The notes beneath the pieces were generated by a model. It did not search any database and was not told the DNA's origin. It saw only the letters and a list, made by a program, of their open reading frames with translations. DNA of 64,000 bases from Candidatus Poribacteria bacterium (GTDB taxonomy: Bacteria; Poribacteria; WGA-4E; PCPOR2b), in the NCBI GenBank assembly GCA_965198175.1, contig OZ240245.1, positions 448,001 through 512,000 of the forward strand, read 5' to 3'. Every line of letters begins with the position of its first letter. Position 1 is the stretch's first letter. A program made the position numbers and the translations under genes. Positions 20,015 to 31,157 of the stretch are shown piece after piece.

Positions 20015-23000
20015 TCAACCGATTCGCTCATTTCCCAATCCCATCCGGTATTTGATGTCGTAGTTGATGATGAAATCTAGTTCCTCGTCAGTGAAGTCGT
20101 AGTGTTGGGCAAGGATTCGGTCCATCTTATCTATAATTGATTTAGAATGACGGGGATAGAATTTGTCATAGACGACGCGCCCCGTTGTTTGGTAATTGGT
20201 TTCCTTGCGTTGAGCGTGACGTTTGAAATCCCTCACCAAGTCAGTGACAATCGTCGCAAGACCTTGCTTAATGTGCCTATTCATTTCATTGACTCCGATT
20301 GGAAAATTCTTAATCTCGCGTAGGTTCAAGTGGCGGCAATCAGAGAGAATGACAAACCACCAAAAGAAAAGGGAACTGTTCAAAGTAGCAACGACCACGG
20401 AAGCATCTAATCTTTTTGTTAAGTACAATAGCTTGACCTGAGTCGAAACGTGCGATCCATTTCGTTCGTTCCAGAAATACGGAGCAAAGTCCATTGCCCT
20501 AATCCAGTAGCGCGGCGAGTTATGGAAATAGATCTTGTAGGAAGTCGGTTTAGTAGCAAGCCGTGTGCCTAAAACTGGGAATATGGCTAATTTTGTCCAA
20601 ATGCTCTGTTCAATCTTGCTGCAGATTTTGGGTGCCGAATTTTGAAACGACATTTGAGTGATTTCTGCGTGGTCCTTAACAGCAAAAAGATGCGATCTAA
20701 ACCGTTCATTCCATCTTTGGTAGCGAGATGAGTACAACGAGTGAGATGCCTTTGAACTCTGCTGAACGATATAGATTGCTAACCGTTGATCTGCTCCCTG
20801 AAACAACTTTGCCGGACGGATGCTATATGTTTGTACCCACCCAACTCGCCTTGATTGATGGAATAGTTCCTGAAGAGGTGACATTCTATCGGTACAGTAA
20901 GCGGAGTGCGGAATTATCATAGATTTCCAACCGTTTCGCTGGAGAAGACGTAAACTTCTTTCAAATACAAACGCATACAGATTGCCACAACTCACCGTTT
21001 CATACCCTTTAATCGTGTAATCCGCTTTAACCTTGTTATACTCGACATACGGCGGATTGCCAATGACCACGTCAAACCCGCCGTTTTTGAGAATGCCGTA
21101 AAACTCAACGAACCAGTGGAATGGCTTGTGCGAATCACCCCACTGTCGAACAAATCCTTGCTTTGCCCTCCCCTTGAGGTTAACAGACGTGATGTATTGT
21201 TCGGCAAGGTAGCGGTTGAGTTCATCTGTTAACTCGTTGAGCTTATCTTGTAACTTTTGTTTGTCAGCAGGTGTTCCAGCACCGCCCAATTCCGTCTGTT
21301 TCTGGCGAAACTTCTCAAACAGGTGCTCAACATCCTCTGCACTCTCTTTAATGCGTTGCATGGTATTGTCGAAGTCTATTCTGTTTTCGGTAACCGCTTT
21401 TTCTACCTCGTCATAGGTGGTGTACCCGACCAGCGTGTTCCCGGCTTGGATATTAAAGTCGATGTCTGGCAGGGGTTCAATATCGTCAATGTCGTCGATC
21501 TGTGCAACCATCTTGAGAAAGAGGCGCAACTTGCAAATCTCGACTGCCTCATCCATAATGTCTACGCCGTAGAGGTTGTTGATGATAATGGACTTAAGGA
21601 TGAAGTATTTGCGGTTTGCGTGTTCATCGACGCGATTAAGGATTTCGCGGAAGTCGGCATATTTCTTGAGTGGCGGTGATTCGCCGGCATACCGTAATTC
21701 GTCAAGGAAAACCTGCATTCGGTCAAGGCAGGCATCGTAGAGCGGTTCAAGGATATTGAGGGCGGCGAACAGGAATGCACCAGAGCCGCAGGTCGGATCA
21801 AGAACCGTAACCTGAATGATGGCGCTCCAGAAGGCACGCAGCAGTTCGGAACCTTCACAGTTTTCAATCACGTCCTGCGCGAATTGACGGATATTGAGGT
21901 TATAGGTAATCAGATCGTTGATTTCGTGGATTTCGCAGTTGGACAGTTTTGCGTATATTTCATTGAATCGCGCCCGGCGTGCGACCACCTCCCGCCATAT
22001 TTCTGTCGGCAAGGCGTATTCGGTAGGCGCGGACGTGTTCCATTCGGTGCGTTCCGACACGTCGTGGATACCAGCGGCGATATCTGGCGGCAAATCGAGT
22101 TTTACGCCCTTCTTTACGGCATCGTAGATGTAGCGCCTGGATTGTCTACCAGCAGTTGCCATACGGAGGCGGAGGTGTCGCTAGTAGAGCTGGTGCCTAC
22201 GGGTGGCGTAAATGCGATTTTGCAGTTTTCTCGCGCGGTATCTAGGAGGAACGGAATAATTGTGTTTTTGCTGATGTATTCGGTGATGTCCTCTTTGGTG
22301 TAGTAGGCTCCCATCTGTTTCTGGTTGATGTATTTTTCAAAGATGTAGCCGAGGACATCCGGATTTATTTCGTTATCGTTCCGCAGGGGACGGTCGTCTA
22401 GATGCCATTGGTACGCCTCAAAAAAGGTGAAAAGCCCCTCAAATGCCGCGTCAGGAATCTGAATCGTTTCCCCGTGCAGTTCCTCAAGTTGGTGCCATTG
22501 AAAGATACCGCCGTTCAGGTAGGGCACTGTTCCGATCAGCCGCCTCGCTTCTGCTTTCCGTTCGGATTCGGGTTTGGCAAACCCGTCAAAGAATAGCGGG
22601 CAGAGAAATTCGGTGTAGTAACGATTCGTGCCATGGACTTTGCACTCTGCCAGTTTCGTCTGCAAATAGTTCGAGTCGTCGTTTAGGAAGCCCTTCTTCT
22701 GGATAAAGTAGATGAACATCAGGCGGTTCAACATCACTGAGGCATACCAGCGCTGCATCTCATCGTCTGGAATCCCACTGAGGAACTTCAGAAACTGAGC
22801 GTGTTCGGTTTTGAAACGGTCATAGAATCGTTTGGTGACTCTTTCAACGTCGAATGCTGCCCGAACACGTCCGGTCACGTCCACCAGTGTGAGGCTTTCT
22901 TCCTCCTCGAGACTAAACGCAATTCTTTCGAGTTTTTGAACTAGCGCCTCACCGGATTGTTCACTGTCATAACGGTGTTCACGACATGCGAGGGGTTTCC

Positions 23001-23340
23001 CCGGTTCTCGTTTGACCGATTGCCAGATTTGCGTGGTTTTTTCAGGGTCGGTGTAGATGATGAGGTGCTCGTGGACAGATTTGGCGACTCGCCGCTGAAT
23101 TTTACTTCGCGCCGCATGGTCTGGCATACTTCCGTCGATCCTGCCCGAGCAGTGAAAGACAGCCATCCCGCGTTTTTCTGCGACCGCGGTCAGTCGATAT
23201 TCTCCGTAATCCGCCTCACTCTCTCGGATTTCAGCTTTAACTTCTTCTCTGAGGCGATCCCAGCCGAGTTCCTCAATAAAGAGGGGTTCAAATTCAAAGT
23301 CTCGCAGGCGTTGGCGGGTTATGTGCCGATTAAACTGCAT
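20015..23340 (-). pseudogene. Eco57I-type (type IIG-like) adenine methyltransferase split by a 1-nt frameshift
   Basis: Motifs PYLNGG, GAYYT, VLDPTCGSGAF and GNPPY are spread over two ORFs. The junction reads CCA GG CGC TAC ATC (DNP-x-RYIYDAV) at 22136-22137. Confidence 0.85.
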
Positions 23341-23429
23341 CGGTGCTCTCCTCTTGCGGCAAGCCTCGCCGAATAACAGTTTGAAACTTGTTATGATAAA
23401 TCGAAACCCAACGATTTATTTGTTTATCA

Positions 23430-23494
23430 TCGGATTTAGTGTGGGTGCTGCGCACTCGACCCCCTCTAGCTCCCCCTTAGCAAGGGGGAGGATT
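23430..23494. repeat. Dispersed palindromic repeat, copy 2
   Basis: CCCCTCTAGCTCCCCCTTAGCAAGGGGGAGGAT; reverse complement of the copy at 13632. Confidence 0.85.
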
Positions 23495-23532
23495 TTTCCG
23501 AGACTTTTTTTGAAAAACTCGGTTTCGCTGAT

Positions 23533-26500
23533 TCAGGGTGCGTTTGCGGAGAGTCCCAATGAACAGATGATTTGGGGTTCTCGCGTTTCTCTTTCTCCTT
23601 CAACGATACAGAGGCGATCTTCATCGCGAAGCGCAATGACAAGTTCCGCTAGGGCTTGGTCGGAGATTCCGCTGCGAAATTGTCGATTGAGGGAATCGGT
23701 CGCGGCTTGACGCAGCGGATATTTGTAAATCTCGTCAATTGCGCGTTTCAGTTCAGGCGTGTTGAATAACTGATCTCTCACATCGTCGGCATACCGCTTG
23801 AGCCGTTCATATGTACGGTACCGCGCCCCTGATGGTCGTCCCAATCCACCGCCAATCGACCGATCCTCGGATATCATCATCTCCGCCCCTTTTTGCACCA
23901 GTTGGTGGTGTTCTGAGAGTGGCGGCAACGCCGCCGCCCCCGGTTCGCAGGCGGCGGCGCGTAGAACCGCAAACTGGGATTCTGTCACGCTATTGCCGTC
24001 GCGATCCATCCGTGCCAACACGTCGTTTCCTTCGCCGGTTCGCATATAAATCAATGCACCTTCCGGCTCCTCATCTGTTGGCAAGTGGTATTTTGTCGAA
24101 TAAACGACCGCTGGAAGCCGGGAGATTGTACGTTTCAGACTGGGATTTTCGGCAATAGCGTTATTCCAAATCTGATAGGCATAGGAGGCGAGATCGACGT
24201 CGTCGTCGGTAGCGTCGTCAAGCAAGCCCGCCTTTTCGTCGTAGAGGTTAACAATTGCGGTGGAGTCGTCATCATCTTCAAAGAACGCCTCGTCCGTGCC
24301 GACGACTTCGGCGTTCTCAAGTAGACGCGCCCGAACGCGCACGCGTAATCTGATGAGGCGCTCGACACCCTCGGCTGGCAAAAAGGAGTAGCACAGGATT
24401 CTCTCGGCTTCCTGACCGATGCGGTCAATGCGTCCAGCGCGTTGCACTAAACGTATAATCGCCCACGGAAGGTCGTAGTTTACGACGACGGAACAGTCCT
24501 GCAGGTTTTGTCCTTCACTCAGTATGTCAGTGCTGATAAGGATTCGTAACTCGTCGCTCGGCGTGAATTTGCCTCGCCTATTGTTGCTAACGGGACTGAA
24601 TCGCCACGCCAACACCGTGGGGTTTTGTGAGTCGCCTGTCACCGCCTCAATATGAGATATGCCTCGCGCAGATAGTTCATCCTTGAGATAGCGGACTGTA
24701 TCAGCGAATTGGCTGAAAACCAGGACTTTCTTATCCGGGTGGGTTTGGGTAAGTAGGTTCTCAAGCGCATTCAGTTTTTCATCGGCAGCGGCATACCATT
24801 CACCGTAGGACTGGAGGATTTTGGTCAAGTGATGCGCGTCGGACGCAAGATTTTCCCGAAGGGAATAGCGAAAGAGATCCGTACGAATCCACTTAAACCG
24901 ACTCTTATATTGCTCTGCGTAGAGCTGATAGATTTCAGCCGCTCGCGCTCTGAAGTCACCCGGTGTGTTCAAACTGCGTTGCGCTGTGGTGTCCTCTATC
25001 TCCTCGTTGTCCTCCTCAAAGGGATTAGAAATAACGTTGAGTGCATCGGAGTCTTCGTCGTAGATACGCGCATCAAGCATCTCAGCATTTTGCGCACCGA
25101 TTGGCAGTGGATGATTATTTTCGATGGCATAGAGGAAAACATGGTTTCTCAAGATGTGCCGTTCAACGGATTGAATAAACGCCCTACCGCCGCTTTCCAG
25201 ACGCTTGAAAAGGTTATTTCGACAGAAGCCTATCAGCCGTTGTCCTCCGCGTGAGAGATTCTCCAAGTGTTCCTGTTCAGCACTGGTGGGCGGGTCTGAT
25301 GGCGAATCGCTGATGTAATTTGCCAATCCGTATCGGGGCAATCTGAGGTTGCCGATGGTATTTACGACAGGTTCAGAATATAGCTGAGCATATTGGTCAC
25401 TGGGATTTTCGTCATCAATTTTGAACTTCACGGTTTTTGGAATTCGGGTTGGAAAGTATGAACGGCTTCCGTCGGGAAAGGTGAGAAACCTCCGTCCTGT
25501 TTCAGTGTCTGTTTCGGCGTAGTTTTCGGAAATGAAGCTACGGGTACGGCGGACAAGAAAGAGCCGCATCAATTCGCGCCAATCGTCAATGTATTTACTT
25601 TGTTCAAAGGCTGGAAGCGTTCGGGGACCGCTTTGGTGTTCACGAATGAACTCGGGTTCGCCGCCCAAGGATTTAATATACTGGTTTGGTCGAATCCCCA
25701 TGTCTCTATGCTCTTCGACAAACAGGCGCAATTGGTTGGAGAGATCGACGTAGTTTTTGTTGTATGGGGTTGCGGAGAGAAGGATGACCTTGCTGTCGTT
25801 CTGTTGAATGTATTCTTGAATAGCCCGGTAGCGTCTACCCTCGCGGTTTCTGAGGTTGTGACTTTCATCAATCAACACGAGTCGATAACGCCGGAGGTCT
25901 GGCAATCTATCGATTACGCGGCTCAGTGAAAGTACGGTACCCCGCAAGCCGTACTCCTGGCGGTAATCCTCCCACATTGCAACCAGATTCTTCGGACAGA
26001 TAATTAGGGTCTCAAGTCCGTAATCGTCCTCAAGAATCCGCGCGAGCGCGGTTCCCATCAGAGTTTTTCCTAAGCCGACGACATCCCCTATCATCACGCC
26101 GCCGCGTCTATTGACGTGATGCGCCGCGATTTTGACGGCAGCGGTTTGGAACTCAAACAGTTTCCCCTTAAACACGGAGGGAATCTTAAACTCATTCAAG
26201 CCGGCACGCGCTTCTTGCGACAGGTGATACGCCATCTTGATATAGATGTGATACGGCGGAATGCGTTCTTCACGCGCCCAACTCTCCTCAATAATCTCAG
26301 CGAGTTCTTTAGAGATATCGATACACCAGCGGTCCTCCCAGCGGTCTTTAAACCAATCTTTTAACTTTTCGCAGGCATCTGAATCAAGTACATCAATATT
26401 AAGTTCTCCCTGTCTTGCCAGCCCCGCCAAGGTCAGGTTGCTGCTGCCAAGATAGCCGACTATCGGATTGATTGGGTCGGAGCGGTGAATCAGGTAGAGT

Positions 26501-26922
26501 TTCGCATGGAGCGCATGACGAAGAAACCGTTTAACCTTGACCTTTTGGTCCCGTATCTGATGTGCGAGTTGGCGCAAGCCATCTTCGTCTTCGCGCGTCG
26601 GGTAGCCATATGTCAACTGTTCGCGAAACTTTTGCGCCAGTTCACGTTTCATGCGTAAGGCGCTTCGGTTGTCCATTCCATTGCCGAGTTTGTTGATACG
26701 CATCGCTTGACGGAGTTCGTCATCAGGCAACTGGTGCATTCCTACGAGGACGCGGCAGCATTCGTCTTCGCCGCCGCTCCAGGCGTCGATGTGGGCGGCG
26801 ATTGATTTCCACCCGCGCAGGTTAAAATAACCGACGCAGAAATCGGCGCGATCAGCGAGTTCGAGCGTTTCTTTTAGTGCGGGAAGCAGTTGGCGGTCTA
26901 TGTTGTCGAAGATGCGGGGCAT
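23533..26922 (-). CDS. PLD-nuclease + SNF2-like helicase (restriction partner of the methyltransferase)
   Basis: HAKLY...GSSNLT (PLD), DVVGLGKT, IDESH, SATP, SEGQNLQ and QRAGRIDR motifs. Confidence 0.92.
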   Translation of the reverse strand: MPRIFDNIDRQLLPALKETLELADRADFCVGYFNLRGWKSIAAHIDAWSGGEDECCRVLVGMHQLPDDELRQAMRINKLGNGMDNRSALRMKRELAQKFREQLTYGYPTREDEDGLRQLAHQIRDQKVKVKRFLRHALHAKLYLIHRSDPINPIVGYLGSSNLTLAGLARQGELNIDVLDSDACEKLKDWFKDRWEDRWCIDISKELAEIIEESWAREERIPPYHIYIKMAYHLSQEARAGLNEFKIPSVFKGKLFEFQTAAVKIAAHHVNRRGGVMIGDVVGLGKTLMGTALARILEDDYGLETLIICPKNLVAMWEDYRQEYGLRGTVLSLSRVIDRLPDLRRYRLVLIDESHNLRNREGRRYRAIQEYIQQNDSKVILLSATPYNKNYVDLSNQLRLFVEEHRDMGIRPNQYIKSLGGEPEFIREHQSGPRTLPAFEQSKYIDDWRELMRLFLVRRTRSFISENYAETDTETGRRFLTFPDGSRSYFPTRIPKTVKFKIDDENPSDQYAQLYSEPVVNTIGNLRLPRYGLANYISDSPSDPPTSAEQEHLENLSRGGQRLIGFCRNNLFKRLESGGRAFIQSVERHILRNHVFLYAIENNHPLPIGAQNAEMLDARIYDEDSDALNVISNPFEEDNEEIEDTTAQRSLNTPGDFRARAAEIYQLYAEQYKSRFKWIRTDLFRYSLRENLASDAHHLTKILQSYGEWYAAADEKLNALENLLTQTHPDKKVLVFSQFADTVRYLKDELSARGISHIEAVTGDSQNPTVLAWRFSPVSNNRRGKFTPSDELRILISTDILSEGQNLQDCSVVVNYDLPWAIIRLVQRAGRIDRIGQEAERILCYSFLPAEGVERLIRLRVRVRARLLENAEVVGTDEAFFEDDDDSTAIVNLYDEKAGLLDDATDDDVDLASYAYQIWNNAIAENPSLKRTISRLPAVVYSTKYHLPTDEEPEGALIYMRTGEGNDVLARMDRDGNSVTESQFAVLRAAACEPGAAALPPLSEHHQLVQKGAEMMISEDRSIGGGLGRPSGARYRTYERLKRYADDVRDQLFNTPELKRAIDEIYKYPLRQAATDSLNRQFRSGISDQALAELVIALRDEDRLCIVEGERETREPQIICSLGLSANAP

Positions 26923-27193
26923 ATCAGACTCCTCAGAGGCGCAGTTGTTAGTGACTCATAATTATGTAACACGTTTTATTTCGGCAACCTCACCATTAGA
27001 CGTGAAAAGAGTTGGGGTTCGCGCTGCATCGTAAGAAGTTTCCAACCGTATCAGTCAACGAAGAGGTAAAGACTATCGCCCTCCCTTTTCGGTCGGTTGA
27101 TCGCTCTACCCAACCTACAAGAACTGACTCCGCTTATGTCTCAAAGAGAATTGCTGCCCTACCGCGAAGCCTCATGAAATTTAGCACTCTCAC

Positions 27194-27222
27194 TTGACAT
27201 CTGCTAAATTCTGTGGTAAACT
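27194..27222 (+). promoter_or_regulatory. Sigma70 promoter
   Basis: TTGACA-N17-TAAACT with an extended -10 TG. Confidence 0.65.
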
Positions 27223-27231
27223 CTCATCACA

Positions 27232-27448
27232 GTGACAAAGTCCGAAGCGATATTTTAGCGAATCGGACATCGCCTCCACTACCGATCTTTTAGCGTATTA
27301 TGGCGAAGGCAAAGCGAAACGTGTCATCAAGAATTTGGCCGAGTATTTTGGGATAGAAGAAAAACCCAGCAATCATAAACTGTTTGCCAAAAAATTCGCA
27401 CCTTTGAATCCCAACCGAAAGGACCGTTCAGAGCACAATCGGACCTGA
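27232..27448 (+). pseudogene. Possible Mrr N-terminal winged-helix remnant
   Basis: Startless frame ...SESDIASTTDLLAYYGEGKAKRVIKNLAEYFGIEE... The GTG at 27232 is out of frame. Confidence 0.3.
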
Positions 27449-27656
27449 CACGACCAACTCGTCAGAGGGTTCAAAAATGAGCATTCTCAACTTATTTTCT
27501 CAAATGCTCACAAATGCTCAACGCCGCAAACCCGCACCCTGACTAGTATTTAGCCCATTTTCGCTTATTTTTCCATGTTTTAAATGCTCACAAAATAAGT
27601 AAATCGTATATGCAGTATTTTCCCTCTTTCAAATGCAATTTCAGCGCGACCGTTTA

Positions 27657-27685
27657 TTGACTAAATTCATAGTTTCCGCTATAAT
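27657..27685 (+). promoter_or_regulatory. Near-consensus sigma70 promoter with no obvious downstream CDS
   Basis: TTGACT-N17-TATAAT. Confidence 0.65.
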
Positions 27686-28350
27686 TCTAATCATCGTAAT
27701 GCTGTAGGTTCGGTTGAACGGCAATTTATGAAAGATTACATGCAGCAGAGAAACTCTACTTAGGTAGGTAACCTACGCGCATGAACGCATACGATAAACT
27801 TCCGATGCACGTCTGTGATAAAATGTGAAAGGTATCCTCTCCGCGCCCCTTCTTTCTGGACATCCTCAAGCAGTGCCGCTACAAGTGAGGTTTTCGTCTT
27901 TTGCCGTCGCCATTGCTTTTTCTCCCTTCCAAAAACAACAGTAAAGTTTCATAGTTAATTTCCTAGTCTCTTCGACGCGAACTACGCTAAGATTAGTGCT
28001 AGACTGAATTCACGCCCTTTTCCGCCTCAATCAAATCCTCACGCTTCATCGGAAAACTATGAAAACTATGAAATTTTCACACAATCACTAATTGAATATT
28101 ACATAACCGATCGCGTTCGTGCAACCTTTTGTTAAGTTGAACCGGCGATAGAGTGCACCACGCGCTGTTTCGGTTGAACCCTGTATCCGCCCGCGTTCCC
28201 TCAGATCTCCGAATTTATCCCAATTTAAACCTAAAGATTCATCTTCTGAAACGGCTCACAAGAATACAACGCGTGTAGGTGTTCTCAGAGACGCAATGGC
28301 TCGCAGTCAGTAGTTAGTGAATTGTAATGAGTTGTTTTTTTTTGAAACAG

Positions 28351-29784
28351 CTACTCATCCGGGGGATTCTCACTGTTTACGCTATACTCGGAGATGTCCG
28401 GCGAGAGTTCCAGTTGTGCGGCGGCTTTTTCCGCGGGAAGCGCTTCAACCGTTTGCAACTTCCGCTCCATCGCCCGTGTTCGGGTCTTAGTCTGACCGAT
28501 TGTGTTGGAGGCTGTGTTCAACTGGCGTTCCACCTTATCCATGACCTCGCCGAACTTGCCGAACTCCGTCTTAACGGCTGCGAGAATCTCCCAAACCTCG
28601 CTAGACCTTTTTTCAATGGCGAGGGTTTGGAAACCCATGCGGAGGCTATTTAGAAGCGCAGCGAGCGTCGTTGGTCCCGCGACGACAATTCGGTATTGAT
28701 TCAGAAGTTCCGTCACTTGGCCCGGTGACCGGAGTGCCTCTGCGTAGAGCCCTTCGGTCGGCATAAACATAATGGCAAAATTCGTTGTTTTTGGCGGAGC
28801 GATGTATTTGTCGTGAATCTTCTTGGCTTCAGCTTGCACCGATCGTCTGAAGGCACGGGACGCTTCTTGCACGGCGGATGCGTCGGAACCGTTGTCGGCG
28901 GCTTCAACCAATTTTTCGTAATCCGCAAGCGGGAACTTAGAATCAATCGGCAGCCACACACAGGAGTCTGGCTCATCGTCTCGTCCGGGGAGGCGAATGG
29001 CGTACTCCACTTCGTCCTGTGAATTCTCTATCGTCCGTACGTTTGTGTCATACTGATCCGGCGTGAGCACCTCTTCGAGGAGTGCGCCAAGCTGAACCTC
29101 GCCCCACGTGCCCCGCGCTTTGACGTTTGTCAAGACGCGCTTGAGATCGCCGACGCCTGTTGCGAGGTTCTGCATCTCCCCGAGGCCGTGTTGCACAGCT
29201 TCAAGACGCTTACTGACGAGATTGAATGATTCGCCGAGCCGTTTTTCCAACGTTGAATGGAGCTGTTCATCAACCGTCTTGCGCATCTGTTCAAGCTTAT
29301 TCTCATTGCTCGTCTGCATGGCTTCAAGCCTATCATGAACGGTTTTCCTGACATTTTCCAATTGGGCATCTTGGGATTTGCCGAGTTCTCCGACGGAATT
29401 TACAAGAGTGTCTGTGGTTTTTTGAAGTTGGTTGGTTACAGTTTCGCGGATACTGTCAAGCCGAGTCTCAGTATTTAGCTGAAAGTCTTGAAAACTTTTC
29501 CCCACCGTGGCTCTCATTTCCTCAGCTTGAGTCGTCAGGAGTTTGCCAAATTCTCCAATGTTACCCATCAGCATTTTGGTGGTGGTTTCATGTCCCTTCC
29601 GCACCTCGTCTCTAATTTCCCGTTCTGACCGAGATACTTCGTTACGGAGTGAACGCATCTCATCTTGAACCGCCTGTTCACCCTTTTCCCTTCCAATATT
29701 CGTCATACGCTTCAACACTAGAAGAACGAGCGCAAGGTTCACGGCTAACAGACCTACAACGACCCAGATAAGCGATTGAATCAT
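28351..29784 (-). CDS. rmuC: DNA recombination protein RmuC
   Basis: N-terminal TM and coiled coil, RGTWGE, PIDSKFP, KYI.PP.TT.FAIMF.P.E motifs. Confidence 0.95.
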   Translation of the reverse strand: MIQSLIWVVVGLLAVNLALVLLVLKRMTNIGREKGEQAVQDEMRSLRNEVSRSEREIRDEVRKGHETTTKMLMGNIGEFGKLLTTQAEEMRATVGKSFQDFQLNTETRLDSIRETVTNQLQKTTDTLVNSVGELGKSQDAQLENVRKTVHDRLEAMQTSNENKLEQMRKTVDEQLHSTLEKRLGESFNLVSKRLEAVQHGLGEMQNLATGVGDLKRVLTNVKARGTWGEVQLGALLEEVLTPDQYDTNVRTIENSQDEVEYAIRLPGRDDEPDSCVWLPIDSKFPLADYEKLVEAADNGSDASAVQEASRAFRRSVQAEAKKIHDKYIAPPKTTNFAIMFMPTEGLYAEALRSPGQVTELLNQYRIVVAGPTTLAALLNSLRMGFQTLAIEKRSSEVWEILAAVKTEFGKFGEVMDKVERQLNTASNTIGQTKTRTRAMERKLQTVEALPAEKAAAQLELSPDISEYSVNSENPPDE

Positions 29785-29825
29785 TCCCCTTTACCTCCAT
29801 TTGTTGATTTTATGCCTTACGCAGT

Positions 29826-30506
29826 TTAACTCAGCTTTCCGATCCAGGTATTGAGAACCCGAGCCATTTCGACGAACACGTCTTCCGCCGTTTTGCGGGA
29901 GCGTTTGAGCACTTTGAAACCGTGGTCGGCGGTATCCAGCAGGTGCAAGGTCGCCTTATCACCGAGGTTTTCACAGACGGGTGATAGCAGGCTGAGCTCC
30001 GCCAACTTATCCCGTGTGCCAGACAGGAACAGCATCGGGACCGTGACATCGACAAGGTGATTGGCGCGTTCAGTCCCCGGTTTGCCAGCGGGGTGCAGAG
30101 GGAATGAGAAAAACACCAGACCGCGTACCCCCTCAAGCGGCGCCTCCGCTGCTGCGAGTGACGACATTCGTCCGCTATAGGAGTGTCCGCCAACGAGAAG
30201 CGATAGTTCGTTCGCGGCCTCACGTGCAGCGGCAACTGCGGAGCGCACGGTTGCCAGCGCAACCGCTTGTGATTCCCGACCTCCACCGCCACGTTCCATG
30301 TAAGGAAACTGGTAGCGAAACGTGGCGATTTTTATGTCTGCCAAGCGTTCTGCGATTGTCTGGAGGGTGGGATGTCTCATAGTTGTGCTTGCGCCGTGTC
30401 CCAGAACCAGCAACCAACTCGAGCCTTCTGGACGAATCAGGAGCGAGGAGACCTCGCCTTTTTCTTGCGTTGCGATGAATTTTGATTCAATCATCTCGTA
30501 ACTCAT
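29826..30506 (-). CDS. Alpha/beta hydrolase (KANL3/Tex30-like)
   Basis: HGA, GGHSYSG, FPLHP, GTRD and DH motifs. Confidence 0.88.
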   Translation of the reverse strand: MSYEMIESKFIATQEKGEVSSLLIRPEGSSWLLVLGHGASTTMRHPTLQTIAERLADIKIATFRYQFPYMERGGGGRESQAVALATVRSAVAAAREAANELSLLVGGHSYSGRMSSLAAAEAPLEGVRGLVFFSFPLHPAGKPGTERANHLVDVTVPMLFLSGTRDKLAELSLLSPVCENLGDKATLHLLDTADHGFKVLKRSRKTAEDVFVEMARVLNTWIGKLS

Positions 30507-30639
30507 TTTTCACACCTCAGAATCTGTCAATGCAGTGCATTTGTATTTTTCACGGTTTGCCTTGTCGCGTTTTTCATCTGGCGCCGCCGCAAAGATTGGA
30601 CCGGCAATGACGTACTCGCAAACGCCCGGAAAGAGGAAT

Positions 30640-30666
30640 AGGGCACCCACAAGGGGTGCCCCTACA
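30640..30666 (-). repeat. GTAG-family REP palindrome
   Basis: Minus strand reads TGTAGGGGCACCCCTTGTGGGTGCCCT. Confidence 0.75.
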
Positions 30667-30739
30667 AGAACGGAGGAGTTGGGGTTCTGGACTATTGAAT
30701 TGGAACAACGAGCGCATTTCCAAGGTAGAAGCAGACAGC

Positions 30740-30933
30740 ACAAATGGCGGATGTGGTGGTGAATGTCAGTCTGAAAATGTTCCTTCGATTCCACCCTCTT
30801 ATGCGTTGATTCCTGCGTAGTTGTTTAAACTTTCTCTCACGGTCATCTTCCAATCGAAGAGTTCCCCGTAGAACGCCCGAAGCTTGTCTGCGTCCCAGCC
30901 TCCGATTTCAAAATGAACCACGGGTTGTCCCAT
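30740..30933 (-). pseudogene. VOC/glyoxalase family pseudogene
   Basis: MGQPVVHFEI...FYGELFDW...GINA then a premature TAA, continuing EGGIEG before the reading decays. Confidence 0.7.
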
Positions 30934-31083
30934 AGATGGTTCTCCATATTCAGTAGGTAAGTTAGAAAACTTTTCAGCGCTCACCGGGAGCAGCATAGCA
31001 CAATTTTAGAACAGAACTGTTGTTTTCGTCAAGGCGAAATTGATGGAAGGTTTTGAGCCGTGCGGAGAGACTATCGTGGTCAG

Positions 31084-31118
31084 ACCCCCTCTAACTCCCC
31101 CTTGTCAAGGGGGAGAAT
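31084..31118. repeat. Dispersed palindromic repeat, copy 3
   Basis: ACCCCCTCTAACTCCCCCTTGTCAAGGGGGAGAAT. Confidence 0.8.
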
Positions 31119-31157
31119 ATTCGTATTTCAGCTCCCAAAATTCAAAATGTGCATATG

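Noticed and set aside
22114..22162. Programmed frameshift or phase variation in the methyltransferase
   Set aside because: No slippery sequence or simple repeat at the junction.
27478..28072. Short repeats considered as a CRISPR array
   Set aside because: Units are 9-10 bp, irregularly spaced, and there are no cas genes.
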